Shown here piece by piece: positions 9,643 to 18,214 of a DNA stretch of 64,000 bases (its first letter is position 1; each line of letters opens with the position of its first letter). The DNA is from an uncultured Spirochaetales bacterium. Its GTDB lineage: Bacteria; Myxococcota_A; UBA9160; SMWR01. The stretch spans positions 1,357-65,356 of the forward strand of contig CAYTJA010000088.1 of assembly GCA_964437835.1 (NCBI GenBank), written 5' to 3'. A program made the position numbers and the translations under genes. The notes beneath the pieces are model-generated. The model had not been told where the DNA came from. It searched no databases and saw only the letters and a list, made by a program, of their open reading frames with translations.

Positions 9643-10380
9643 CTACCGCGCCGCGAGATCGCGGAGCAGGTCGAGCTCCACGTACGCGAAGACCCCGCAC
9701 ACGTAGACGGCCATCGCGAGCAGCAGCCAATCCATCCCGCCGAAGGCTCCGGCGGCGGCGATGCCGAAGATGTAGAGGTTCTCGAGGCCGGAGAGCGCGA
9801 TCAGCGCGAGCCGTTTCAGCCCGAGCGGCCCGGCCGGCTGTACCGCGTGCGGCTGCGCGCGCGCGAAATGCTGCTCGGCGTGGTCGCGGCTCAGGCGGTT
9901 CAGCAGCACCAGCAGCGGCAGCGCGGTCGCGATCTCGAGCGCGTACTCGCCGAAGAGTCCGCCGCCGCGCTGCTCGGCGAGGATGCCGACCGAAACGAAG
10001 ACCAGGATCCAGTAGAGCTGGCCGATCACGAGATCGAGCATCTGACCGTAGGCGCTGCTGCGGCCCGTCGCACGCGCGAGGTTGCCGTCCACGCAGTCGA
10101 GGATCTGGCAGGCGAAGCCCACGCCGAATACGAGCCAGTGCGCTCGCTCGCCGCCGAAGACGGCCGCGAGCGGCAGGCAGAGCGAGAGCGCGAGGGAGAG
10201 CCACGTCACGCCGGCGGGTGTGAAGCCCGCTCGCGCGAAGAGCGGGGTGACCCAGAACGAGAGCGGCCGGAACAGCAGCAGCGCGGGCAGCTCTCCCGAG
10301 AGCTCTTCCCAGCGTTTGTCGGCACCGTAGGAGCGGCGCACGTCTGCGACCGTCAGGCGCTTCGGTCCGGCGGCTCCCAT
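9643..10380 (-). CDS. CDP-alcohol phosphatidyltransferase family protein (divergent motif)
   Basis: Polytopic membrane protein carrying DCVDGNLARATGRSSAYGQMLDLVIG (nt 10021-10098). This matches D-x2-D-G-x2-A-R-x8-G-x3-D-x3-D except that the final Asp is Gly. ATG 10380 was chosen. The stop is 1 nt from the devB start. Confidence 0.75.
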   Translation of the reverse strand: MGAAGPKRLTVADVRRSYGADKRWEELSGELPALLLFRPLSFWVTPLFARAGFTPAGVTWLSLALSLCLPLAAVFGGERAHWLVFGVGFACQILDCVDGNLARATGRSSAYGQMLDLVIGQLYWILVFVSVGILAEQRGGGLFGEYALEIATALPLLVLLNRLSRDHAEQHFARAQPHAVQPAGPLGLKRLALIALSGLENLYIFGIAAAGAFGGMDWLLLAMAVYVCGVFAYVELDLLRDLAAR

Positions 10381-10686
10381 CAGAGCGGCGTGTGCTGGCG
10401 CGCGGGCATCGGGGCCGAAGGGTAGCCAGCGGGTGGGCCGCGTCGCACAGGAGCCTGAGCTCCGCTGCGCCGGGCAACGCGATCGTGGACGCCGGCACCC
10501 ACCAGCCGCGACAGCCCGGCTGGATGCCGTCTCCGAACGTCGACTGCGCCGAGGCTCGGTCTCCCGCGCCGCAGCGCTGGCGGAAGACCCGCGGGTATGG
10601 AGCCGCTCCATGGGCACGCCCGGCGCAAACGCGAGCCGCATTCGGGTCGGATACACCGGTGTTACACTTTCGGCCGAGGTCGCTCG

Positions 10687-10908
10687 ATGCCTACTGCGAA
10701 GAAGCGTATCAACATCACCGTCGATGACGAGGTGTACGAAGCTCTCGAGCGCTTGTCTGCGGAGCGCAATCAGCCGGTCGCCGGCGTGAGCCTCAGCTTG
10801 ATCGAACAGGCCCTCGAATACCAGGAAGACGTCTACTTCTCGCGAGTCGCTGACGAGCGATTGAATCGGAAGCAGAAACGCGTGCCCCACCCGAAGGCCT
10901 GGGGGTGA
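10687..10908 (+). CDS. Ribbon-helix-helix (CopG/RelB-type) antitoxin
   Basis: 73 aa. The KRINITVDDEVYEALERLS N-terminus is typical of an RHH beta-strand plus helix. It overlaps the toxin start. The palindrome ACACCGGTGT (10653-10662) 25 nt upstream is a candidate operator. GC3 is lower than in neighbouring genes. Confidence 0.75.
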   Translation: MPTAKKRINITVDDEVYEALERLSAERNQPVAGVSLSLIEQALEYQEDVYFSRVADERLNRKQKRVPHPKAWG

Positions 10909-11168
10909 TGTATCGCACCGAGAACCTCGCGACCGTGGCCGAGGAGGATATCCCGAAGCTCACCAAGTCCGTCCGCAACCAGGTCAAGGCCGCGATAGAG
11001 AAGAGGCTGGGCGCGTATCCCATCGAGTTCGGTAAGCCGCTTCGATACAGCTTGAAAGGCGCTCGACGTCTGCGTGTCGGAGACTGGCGAGTGATCTACA
11101 AGATCGAACGTTCTGGCGTCGTTCTCGTGCTGAAGATCGGGCATCGACGGGAAATCTACGAGGGGTGA
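10905..11168 (+). CDS. relE: RelE/StbE (RelE/ParE superfamily) type II toxin
   Basis: 87 aa. The C-terminal RLRVGDWRVIYKIE...VVLVLKIGHRREIY is typical of RelE/StbE. Its start (GTG 10905 or ATG 10908) overlaps the antitoxin stop. Confidence 0.8.
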   Translation: MMYRTENLATVAEEDIPKLTKSVRNQVKAAIEKRLGAYPIEFGKPLRYSLKGARRLRVGDWRVIYKIERSGVVLVLKIGHRREIYEG

Positions 11169-11274
11169 GTGCCTAGGACGAATCGTGCGACCATCCTAGG
11201 TCTGACCACGGGGAGACGGACGACTCCAGCGGGCATATCCACCGGCGTGCGACGCACTGTTCGACGCACGTGAG

Positions 11275-12087
11275 TTGAAACCTCTGAGCGCCGCGTTCCT
11301 GCCCCGGCACACCCGGCATCGAAGCACCGTAGCGGCTTCCAGCGCATCGCTCTCGGCGACTCGGAAGCGCTTCACGCGCGCGAGCGGGGCGAAGCTCACG
11401 CTCGCGCTGCTCGCCGCGGCCGCGGCCGGCGCCGAGCCGCGCGAGCGTGCGCTGCCCGAGCCGGGCCCCGGGAGCTGGCGGGCGCTCGAGTTCCCGCGGA
11501 TTCCGAAGCACACGCACTACGAGCGCGTGCAGGACGCAGGCCTCGAGGTGCTGCGCGCCCACAGCGAGTGCGCGGCCTCTGGGCTGCTGATTCCGCTCGA
11601 GGGCATCGATCTCGCGCAGACGCCGCGCCTGCGCTGGCGCTGGAAGGTCTCGCTCCCGCTCGAGGCCCGCGCGAACGAGCGCGAGAAGGCAGGCGACGAC
11701 TTCGCCGCGCGCGTCTATGTCGCCTTCGCGTTCGAGCCGGAGCGCGCGAGCCTGCTCGAGCGAGCGCGCCACCGCGTCGCCGCGTCGCTCTACGGCGAAG
11801 AGATGCCGGGCGTTGCACTCAACTACGTCTGGTCGCGGCGCGAGCCCGCCGGCAGCCACTGGGACAACCCCTTCATCGCGAGCAGCCTGATGATCTCGCT
11901 CGGCCCGGGCGCGCCCGGCGCCTGGCGCGACGCCGACGTCGACGTGCTCGCGGACTACCGCAGGCTCCTCGGCGGCGAGCCGCCGCAAGCGCTCTTTGTC
12001 GCATTGATGACGGACAGTGACAACAGCTGCTCGCGCACGCAGGCGAGCTATGCGGCATTCCGGCTGGTCGGATCCGCAGCGAACTGA
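11275..12087 (+). CDS. DUF3047-like secreted protein
   Basis: A hydrophobic signal-like segment (LTLALLAAAAAGA) followed by a domain with RLRWRWKV...EKAGDDFAARVYVAF, which I recognise as DUF3047-like. The family assignment is from memory only, and the start is uncertain. Confidence 0.6.
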   Translation: MKPLSAAFLPRHTRHRSTVAASSASLSATRKRFTRASGAKLTLALLAAAAAGAEPRERALPEPGPGSWRALEFPRIPKHTHYERVQDAGLEVLRAHSECAASGLLIPLEGIDLAQTPRLRWRWKVSLPLEARANEREKAGDDFAARVYVAFAFEPERASLLERARHRVAASLYGEEMPGVALNYVWSRREPAGSHWDNPFIASSLMISLGPGAPGAWRDADVDVLADYRRLLGGEPPQALFVALMTDSDNSCSRTQASYAAFRLVGSAAN

Positions 12088-12185
12088 GCGGGCTGACGGC
12101 TCTCGAAGCGGAAGCCCTGGCGAGACGCAGGGAGATCTCTACTCGCATCTCGCGATGTCGCCGGGCGCGAAGCGCAGAGCGGGCG

Positions 12186-12353
12186 ATGTTCGCTGATGCG
12201 GTCGTCGAGCTCGCCCGCGCCCTCCGCGACGTCGACGACATCGAGTCGATTCTCGAATCCGGGGTGACGCTCGACGAGAGCTACGTCGCGCATTGGGCCG
12301 CGCTCTGGGAGGTCGAGGAGCGCTGGGCCGCCCTGCGATCGCAGCGCCGCTGA
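12186..12353 (+). CDS. Small hypothetical protein (55 aa), acidic/helical
   Basis: Not in the ORF track (<60 aa). It runs from ATG to TGA with the same strong GC3 bias as real genes (MFADAVVELARALRDVDDIESILESGVTLDESYVAHWAALWEVEERWAALRSQRR) and fills the DUF3047-uvrA gap. I recognised no homology. Confidence 0.3.
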   Translation: MFADAVVELARALRDVDDIESILESGVTLDESYVAHWAALWEVEERWAALRSQRR

Positions 12354-12372
12354 GGGCGCTCCGCCGGGCCGC

Positions 12373-15195
12373 CTACGCGCGAGAGGGCTCCAGCACGCCG
12401 CGCAGCGCGCGCCCGGTGTGGCTCGCCTCGCAGCGCGCGACCTCTTCCGGCGTGCCCTCGACGACGATCTGCCCGCCACCTGCGCCGCCTTCGGGGCCGA
12501 GGTCGATCACCCAGTCTGCGCTCTTGATCACGTCCGGGTGGTGCTCGATCACGAGCACGCTGTTGCCGCCGTCGACGAGGCGGGTGAGCACTTCGAGCAG
12601 CTTCGCGACGTCGCCGAAGTGCAGCCCCGTGGTCGGCTCGTCGAGCAGGTAGAGGGTGCGGCCGGTCGCGCGGCGCGAGAGCTCGCGCGCGAGCTTGATG
12701 CGCTGCGCCTCGCCGCCCGAGAGCGTCGTCGCGGGCTGGCCGAGGTGCAGATAGTCGAGGCCGACCTCGTGCAGCGTGCGCAGCGGGCGCGCGATCTGCG
12801 GCACGTTCTCGAGCAGCGTCAGCGCGGCTTCGACCGGGAGCTCGAGCAGCTCTGCGATGCTCAGGCCCTTGTAGCGGATCTCGAGGGTCTCGCGGTTGTA
12901 GCGCCGGCCGCCACAGGCTTCGCAGCGCACGTAGAGATCCGGCAGGAAGTGCATCTCGATGCGCAGGATGCCGTCGCCCTGGCAGGACTCACAGCGCCCG
13001 CCCTTCAGGTTGAAGGAAAATCGGCCCGGCGTGTAGCCGCGCACGCGCGCCTCGGGCACCTGGCTCATCAGCTCGCGAATCGCGTCGAAGACGCCGGTGT
13101 AGGTCGCGGCGTTGCTGCGCGGCGTGCGGCCGATCGGCGACTGGTCGACGTCGATCACCTTGTCGATCTGCTCGAGGCCCGAGAGGCGCGCGAAGCGGCC
13201 CGGCGGCTCGGCCGCGCCGTGCAGGCGCGCGGCGAGCGCGCGGTAGAGTGTGTCGTTGATCAGCGTCGACTTGCCCGAGCCCGAGACGCCCGTGACGACG
13301 GTCAAGACGCCGAGCGGCACGCGCAGCGTGATGTCCTTCAGATTGTGCTCGCTGCAGCCGCTGAGCGTGAGCGCACGCGGGCCGGGCTTGCGGCGCCGCG
13401 GCGGCACCGGAATGCGCTTGCGGCCCGAGAGATAGGCGCCCGTCGGCGAGGCCTCGTTCGCGGAGATCTCCGCCGGCGTGCCTTCGGCGATTACGGCGCC
13501 GCCGTGCACGCCGGCGCCGGGGCCCATGTCGATCACCCAGTCCGCGGAGCGGATCGTCTCCTCGTCGTGCTCGACCACGAGCAGCGAATTTCCGGCGTCG
13601 CGCAGGCGAAACAGGCTCTCGAGCAGGCGCCGGTTGTCGCGCGGGTGCAGGCCGATCGAGGGCTCGTCGAGGATGTAGAGCACACCCATCAGGCTGGAGC
13701 CGACCTGCGTCGCGAGGCGGATGCGCTGGCCCTCGCCGCCCGAGAGCGTGGCGGCCGCGCGGTCGAGCGTGAGGTAGCCGAGGCCGACGTCCGCGAGGAA
13801 GCGCAGCCGGTTCTGGATCTCGGTCTGGATGCGCTGCGCGATCGCCTGCCGCGCGGGCGGGAGTGCCAGCGTCTCGAAGAAGCGCCGCGCGTCGCCTACC
13901 GAGAGCGCCGAGAGCTCCGCGATCGAGTGCCCTGCGATCTTCACGCCGAGCGCTTCGACGCGCAGCCGCGAGCCGCTGCAGCTCGGGCAGGGCGAGGCAC
14001 TGCGGAAGCGCGCGAGGCCATCCGCGGCGTCGTCCGCCGCGGCTTCGTCGCGGCGCGCGAGCTCGGCCATCACGCCGTCGAAGCGCCGCGCGAGCGGCTG
14101 ATCGCTGCCCGGGACCGGCAGCGGAATCAGCTCCTCGGCGCCGAACAGGATCGCGTCGCGCGCGAGCTTCGGGAGCTCGCTCCAGGGAGTGTCGAGATCG
14201 ACACCGAAATGCGTCGCGAGTGCCTCGAGCAGCATCGCGTAATAGCGCGGCGCGCTGCGTCCGCTCCACGGCGCGATCGCCTTGCGCAGCGGCAGCGAGG
14301 GATCCGACACCACGCGCCCGGCGTCGAGGGTCTCGGCGATGCCCAGGCCGCCGCAGGCCGGGCACGCGCCGTGCGGGTTGTTGAACGAGAAGCTGCGCGG
14401 CTCGATCTCGGGGTAGGAGATTCCGCACTTCGAGCAGGCCGCGCGCTCGGAGAGCTGCCACTCCTGCTGGCCCGGCCCGACGTCGATGCAGATCCTGCCG
14501 TCCGCGAGCCCGACCGCCGTCTCGATCGACTCGGCCACGCGCGAGCGCGCGGAGTCCTTGACCGCGATGCGGTCGACCAGCAGCTCGATCGTGTGCTTGC
14601 GGCGCTTGTCGAGCTGGATCTCCTGGCCGAGCTCGACCAATGCGCCATCGACGCGCGCGCGCACGAAGCCCTGGCGCTGCCAGGCCTCGAGCTCGCGCCG
14701 GTACTCGCCCTTGCGGTCGCGCACGGCGGGCGCGAAGACCTGCACGCGCGTGCCCTCGGGCAGCGCGAGCACGCGGTCGCTCATCTGCTGGATCGTCTGG
14801 CTCTCGATCTCGCGCCCGCACTTCCAGCAGTGCGGCAGACCCGCGCGCGCGAAGAGCAGGCGCAGGTAGTCGTGGATCTCGGTGATCGTGCCGACGGTCG
14901 AGCGCGGGTTGCGGCCGACCGTCTTCTGCTCGATCGCGATCGCCGGCGAGAGCCCGTCGATCGAATCGCAGTCCGGCTTGTTCAGCTGCTCGAGGAACTG
15001 CCGCGCGTAGGCCGAGAGCGATTCGACGTAGCGGCGCTGTCCCTCGGCGTAGAGCGTGTCGAAGGCCAGCGAGGATTTGCCCGAGCCCGAGGGCCCGGTG
15101 ACGACGACGAGCTGGTCGCGCGGGATGCGCAGCTCGAGGTTGCGCAGGTTGTGCTCGCGGGCGCCGCGGACGTGGATGCAGGACGCACCGCTCAC
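12373..15195 (-). CDS. uvrA: Excinuclease ABC subunit A
   Basis: Canonical N-terminus [55 protein letters not shown], two ABC modules and zinc-finger Cys clusters. The GTG at 15195 is preceded by GAAGG-N7. The in-frame upstream repeat region contains no ATG/GTG/TTG codon in this frame. Confidence 0.95.
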   Translation of the reverse strand: MSGASCIHVRGAREHNLRNLELRIPRDQLVVVTGPSGSGKSSLAFDTLYAEGQRRYVESLSAYARQFLEQLNKPDCDSIDGLSPAIAIEQKTVGRNPRSTVGTITEIHDYLRLLFARAGLPHCWKCGREIESQTIQQMSDRVLALPEGTRVQVFAPAVRDRKGEYRRELEAWQRQGFVRARVDGALVELGQEIQLDKRRKHTIELLVDRIAVKDSARSRVAESIETAVGLADGRICIDVGPGQQEWQLSERAACSKCGISYPEIEPRSFSFNNPHGACPACGGLGIAETLDAGRVVSDPSLPLRKAIAPWSGRSAPRYYAMLLEALATHFGVDLDTPWSELPKLARDAILFGAEELIPLPVPGSDQPLARRFDGVMAELARRDEAAADDAADGLARFRSASPCPSCSGSRLRVEALGVKIAGHSIAELSALSVGDARRFFETLALPPARQAIAQRIQTEIQNRLRFLADVGLGYLTLDRAAATLSGGEGQRIRLATQVGSSLMGVLYILDEPSIGLHPRDNRRLLESLFRLRDAGNSLLVVEHDEETIRSADWVIDMGPGAGVHGGAVIAEGTPAEISANEASPTGAYLSGRKRIPVPPRRRKPGPRALTLSGCSEHNLKDITLRVPLGVLTVVTGVSGSGKSTLINDTLYRALAARLHGAAEPPGRFARLSGLEQIDKVIDVDQSPIGRTPRSNAATYTGVFDAIRELMSQVPEARVRGYTPGRFSFNLKGGRCESCQGDGILRIEMHFLPDLYVRCEACGGRRYNRETLEIRYKGLSIAELLELPVEAALTLLENVPQIARPLRTLHEVGLDYLHLGQPATTLSGGEAQRIKLARELSRRATGRTLYLLDEPTTGLHFGDVAKLLEVLTRLVDGGNSVLVIEHHPDVIKSADWVIDLGPEGGAGGGQIVVEGTPEEVARCEASHTGRALRGVLEPSRA

Positions 15196-15197
15196 TT

Positions 15198-15401
15198 GTT
15201 GACCTTCGCTCGCCTGCGGCTCGCTGCGCGCGGCAGGGCCGCTTGCGGGTTGACCTTCGCGCGATTGCGGCTCGCTGCGCGTGACGGGGCGGCTTGCGTG
15301 TTGAGCTTCGCGCGCCTGTGGCTCGCTGTGCGCAGCGGAGCCGCTTGCGTGATGAGCCTCGTATGCCTGCGGCTCACTGTGAGCGGCATGACCGCTCGAG
15401 G
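15198..15401 (-). repeat. 4 tandem copies of a 51-bp GC-rich leader repeat (family shared with loci at 35.1, 50.4 and 62.5 kb)
   Basis: Unit starts at 15198, 15249, 15300 and 15351 (period exactly 51). The repeat fills the SurA-like/uvrA spacer. The uvrA-proximal unit ends in GAAGGTCAACAA followed directly by the GTG start. Confidence 0.95.
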
Positions 15402-15418
15402 GGGAAGGGTTGCAGGCT

Positions 15419-16516
15419 TCAGCGCGGGGTGCGCTCCGCGGGCTCCGCGAGCGCGAAGCTGCCGCGGCGCTCGATGAAGGTGTTGCTGCGCAACTTCTCG
15501 AGCCAGATCTGATACTCCTGCACCTCGAGCACGCCGCGGATTTCGCGCTCGAGCATCGGGCGCGCGACTTCGTAGCTGACTGGCGCGTATTCCTGCCGGT
15601 CGACGAGCTGGAGCAGGGTGCAGGCGCCCGGGAGCTCGACCACGGGCGAGAGATCGCCGGGCGAGAGCCCAGCAATGACCTCGCTCATCCAAATCGCGAG
15701 CTCGGCCGCGAGGATCCAGCCGAGGTCGCCGCCGCGCTCGGGCGCGACGCTGCTCAGCTCCGCGGCGACGGCCTCGAAGCGCTCGCCGGCGGCGACGCGC
15801 GCGGCCGCGGTCGCGACGAGCGCACAGGCGTCGTCCTTGCTGCGGCCCGGCCCGTCGCCGTAGGGCACCAGCAGCTGACGCAGGTGCACCTGGTCGCCGC
15901 CGGTCGGCTGATTCCCGTAGCGCTCGTCGAAGAGGCGCTTCACGGCGTCCTCCTCGACCCGGATCTTCGGGCCGACCACGGCCGAGACGATGCGGCTGCG
16001 CTCGATCTCGCGCCGCAGCTGCGCGCGGTAGTCGGCGAGCGAAAGCCCCTGCTCCTCGACGTTCGCGATCAGCTCCTCGCGGCTGCGGTTGTTCTCCTTC
16101 GCGATCGCGTCGATCGCCTGGTCGACGTCGACATCGCTGGCCGCGAGCTCGGCCTGGGCGACGACGCCCTCGAGCATGCGCCATTCGATCATGCGCTCGA
16201 GCGCCTCGGAGCGGATCGCGGCGAGGTCGTCATCGCCCGCGCCGCGCTGGCGCAGGTCGGCTTCCATGGGCGCGACCATGCCCATCACCTCCGACACCAG
16301 CACGACCTTGGTGCCGACCTGGGCGGCGATGCCGTCGATCAGCTCTTCCGCGGCGCGCGCTGTGCCGGGCGCGAGTGCCGAGGCGATGCCAACGCAGAGC
16401 CCCGCCGTGGTGCACGCGGCGGCGCTGGCCACACGCGCCGAAGACCGGAAGGTCCTGCCGCGCGCGGAGCACGGGGGCGGGAGCGCGCGCTGCGGGCGCC
16501 GCGGGAAGCGCATCAT
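15419..16516 (-). CDS. SurA-like periplasmic chaperone / parvulin-type peptidyl-prolyl isomerase
   Basis: Signal peptide, a SurA N-terminal-like domain (IDGIAAQVGTKVVLVSEV...), then a PPIC-type rotamase segment (VHLRQLLV...GGDLGWI...). Confidence 0.8.
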   Translation of the reverse strand: MMRFPRRPQRALPPPCSARGRTFRSSARVASAAACTTAGLCVGIASALAPGTARAAEELIDGIAAQVGTKVVLVSEVMGMVAPMEADLRQRGAGDDDLAAIRSEALERMIEWRMLEGVVAQAELAASDVDVDQAIDAIAKENNRSREELIANVEEQGLSLADYRAQLRREIERSRIVSAVVGPKIRVEEDAVKRLFDERYGNQPTGGDQVHLRQLLVPYGDGPGRSKDDACALVATAAARVAAGERFEAVAAELSSVAPERGGDLGWILAAELAIWMSEVIAGLSPGDLSPVVELPGACTLLQLVDRQEYAPVSYEVARPMLEREIRGVLEVQEYQIWLEKLRSNTFIERRGSFALAEPAERTPR

Positions 16517-16571
16517 GAGCCGGGAGCTTAGCCTGGCGGGTCCCGAGTGGCTCGGGATCGCGGTTTCCTGA

Positions 16572-18140
16572 CTACACCACGTGGCTGTCGCGGCCGCTCC
16601 AGTGCGCGTCGCGCAGTTGGCGCTTCAGGATCTTGCCGAGCTCGTTGCGCGGCAGCACGTCGACCCATGCCAGCGAGCGCGGGATCTTGTAGCCCGCCAG
16701 CTGCTCGCGCAGGAAGGCGCCGATCTCTTCCAGCGAGGGTCGGCCCGAGCTGCGGCTGACGAGGACCGCGTGCACGCTCTCGCCCCACTCCCGGTCCGGA
16801 ACCCCGAAGACCGCGGCCTCGGCGATCTGGGGATGGCGCGTGAGTGCGCTCTCGACCTCGGCCGGGTAGATGTTCACGCCGCCCGACACGATCATGTCGA
16901 CCTTGCGATCGCAGATGTAGACATAGCCGTCCGCATCGCGGTAGGCGATGTCGCCCGAGGTGTAATAGCCCTCGCGGCTCACGGCAGCGAACGCATCGGG
17001 ATCCCGGTGGTAGGACGTGAAGGCCCCCGGAGAGCGCGCGTACAGCTCTCCGGGCACGAAGGGCTCGGCTACCTCGTTTCCGCCGGCGTCGAAGAGCTTG
17101 ATCTCCACGCCCGGCGAGGCCTTGCCGCAGGAGCCCGGCCGCGAGAGCTGGCCCTCGGGGTGCATCAGGGTCACGCCGCCGAGCTCCGAGGAGCCGTAGA
17201 CCTCGAATAGTGAATTCCCGCCGAAATCACGCACGTAGTCCTGCTTGAGCGCGTAGGGCCAGGCCGCGGCGCTGCCCAGCACATAGCGCAGGCTCGAGCA
17301 GTCGTAGCGCGCCTTGACCTCGCTAGGCAGGTCGCAGATGCGTCTCATCGGCGTCGGCGCGCAGGTCGTACACGTCACCCGGTAGCTGGCGACCAGCCGC
17401 AGCCACTCCTCGGGATCGAAGTTCCGCAGCACCACGACCGTGTTGCCGAGTCGGTGCGCCAGCGAGAGCCAGCCCCCGGGTCCCGAGTGATACAGCGGCC
17501 CGGTCGTGATGTAGACGTCGCCCGGTACCGCGGCGATCGCGTCCAGCAACGCCTGCCCCTGCGCGGGGTTGCCCGGCGCCTCTCGCACCGCCCCCTTGGG
17601 CAGCCCGGTCGTGCCCGAGGTGTAGACCATCAGCGCGGCGAAGAAGCCGGCCGGAAGCGGCGCCGGCTCGGACGCCGAAGCCTGCTTCAAGAGCGGCTCC
17701 ACGCTGAGCATCCGCGGCCCGGGCGGACCGTCGAAGACCAACACCTCGCGCAGCTTCCGCATCCGGGGTCGCAGCTCAGCGAAGAGGTCGGCGTACTCGG
17801 CATCGATCACGCCGACCACGGCCTCGGAGTGGTTGACGACATGCGCGGCCTCTTCGCCTGCGAAGCGGTAGCTCATGGGTACCGCGGTGGCGCCCAGCTT
17901 GCGCGCCGCGTGGATGATGCGAATCACGCCGGGCGAGTTGCGCCCACACCAGAGCAGGCGGTCCCCGGGCGCGACGCCGATCCCGCTCAGTGTGTTCGCG
18001 AGCCGGTTCACCTGCTCATTCAGCTCGGCGAAGGACCACCGGGTGAGTGCTACGCCCGGGCGATCGTCGATCACGGCGATTCGACCCGGATCGGCCGCGG
18101 CTCGTTCCGCGAGAAAATCCACAGGTCCTGCGACGCTCAT
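16572..18140 (-). CDS. AMP-dependent acyl-CoA synthetase/ligase
   Basis: AMP-binding motif MVYTSGTTGLPKG, plus YGSSELGG, a GDIAYRDADGYVYICDRKVDMI hinge and a C-terminal GKILKRQLR. An AGGAGG SD lies 5 nt upstream of ATG 18140. The listed 949-aa ORF is a false extension. Confidence 0.9.
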   Translation of the reverse strand: MSVAGPVDFLAERAAADPGRIAVIDDRPGVALTRWSFAELNEQVNRLANTLSGIGVAPGDRLLWCGRNSPGVIRIIHAARKLGATAVPMSYRFAGEEAAHVVNHSEAVVGVIDAEYADLFAELRPRMRKLREVLVFDGPPGPRMLSVEPLLKQASASEPAPLPAGFFAALMVYTSGTTGLPKGAVREAPGNPAQGQALLDAIAAVPGDVYITTGPLYHSGPGGWLSLAHRLGNTVVVLRNFDPEEWLRLVASYRVTCTTCAPTPMRRICDLPSEVKARYDCSSLRYVLGSAAAWPYALKQDYVRDFGGNSLFEVYGSSELGGVTLMHPEGQLSRPGSCGKASPGVEIKLFDAGGNEVAEPFVPGELYARSPGAFTSYHRDPDAFAAVSREGYYTSGDIAYRDADGYVYICDRKVDMIVSGGVNIYPAEVESALTRHPQIAEAAVFGVPDREWGESVHAVLVSRSSGRPSLEEIGAFLREQLAGYKIPRSLAWVDVLPRNELGKILKRQLRDAHWSGRDSHVV

Positions 18141-18214
18141 GTCTGCCCTCCTGATCGGGGGAACCCGGGCGGCTGCGTCACGCGACGCCTGGCCGCGCTG
18201 CGACGCGCGTTGCG

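Noticed and set aside
12418-15477. 1019-aa ORF on the + strand (one of many very long ORFs, e.g. 673-2256 -, 4011-5417 -, 18398-20833 +, 35900-37924 +, 47487-49013 -, 53536-54930 -).
   Set aside because: Each lies exactly antisense to a gene with unmistakable family motifs (here uvrA). The translations are Arg/Ala/Gly/Pro-rich low-complexity sequence typical of shadow ORFs in ~70% GC DNA, and I recognised no family motifs in them.
15196-15675. Possible N-terminal extension of UvrA with four 17-aa repeats (HSEPQAREAQHAS...), because the 51-bp repeat is in frame with uvrA.
   Set aside because: There is no ATG/GTG/TTG in that frame anywhere in the repeats. The only upstream in-frame ATG (15675) lies inside the SurA-like gene. 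The same repeat family has a 55-bp (non-triplet) period at the his locus. Canonical UvrA begins right at GTG 15195, which has a well-spaced GAAGG.
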